Source of the DNA: Felis catus
Taxonomy: Eukaryota
Assembly (NCBI RefSeq): GCF_018350175.1
Contig: NC_058368.1
Span: forward strand, 50,283,815 to 50,347,814
Reading direction: 5' to 3'
DNA: 64,000 nt
The position numbers and the translations under genes were made by a program. Positions within the stretch are counted from its first letter, which is position 1, and the number at the start of each line of letters is the position of its first letter. This document shows positions 63,909-64,000 of this stretch, piece by piece. The notes beneath the pieces are model-generated. The model worked only from the letters and a program-made list of their open reading frames with translations. It had not been told where the DNA came from and did not search any database.

Positions 63909-64000
63909 CAAAGCCATTTATTGAACGATTCTTTCTTCTACTAGTGTTTGTAGCCTCATGTGTATCATTTTCTCATGTGTTGTCTGTCTGTAACTTGTAT

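Overview
Felid (cat-like) genomic DNA, judged from about 25 Can-SINE/SINEC_Fc copies and carnivore L1s. It is AT-rich and dominated by transposon relics, with no intact host CDS, RNA gene or CRISPR array. The main result lies in the unique sequence between the repeats from about 0.3 to 20.1 kb. Translated by hand on the + strand, it gives dozens of collinear, frameshifted and stop-riddled matches to bornavirus proteins in orthobornavirus order: N (~0.3-2.8 kb), weak X/P fragments (~3.3-7.9 kb), M (~9.6-10.0 kb), G (~10.0-11.4 kb) and almost all of L (~11.5-20.0 kb). This looks like a near whole-genome endogenous bornavirus fossil broken up by MIR, L2, old L1, MLT1, Tigger and SINE insertions, which implies a very old integration. 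All viral comparisons use BoDV-1 protein sequences recalled from memory and need TBLASTN/HMM confirmation. The rest (20-64 kb) is L1/L2/MaLR/Tigger2/SINE debris with several nested and same-site insertions. Boundaries of old repeats are approximate.
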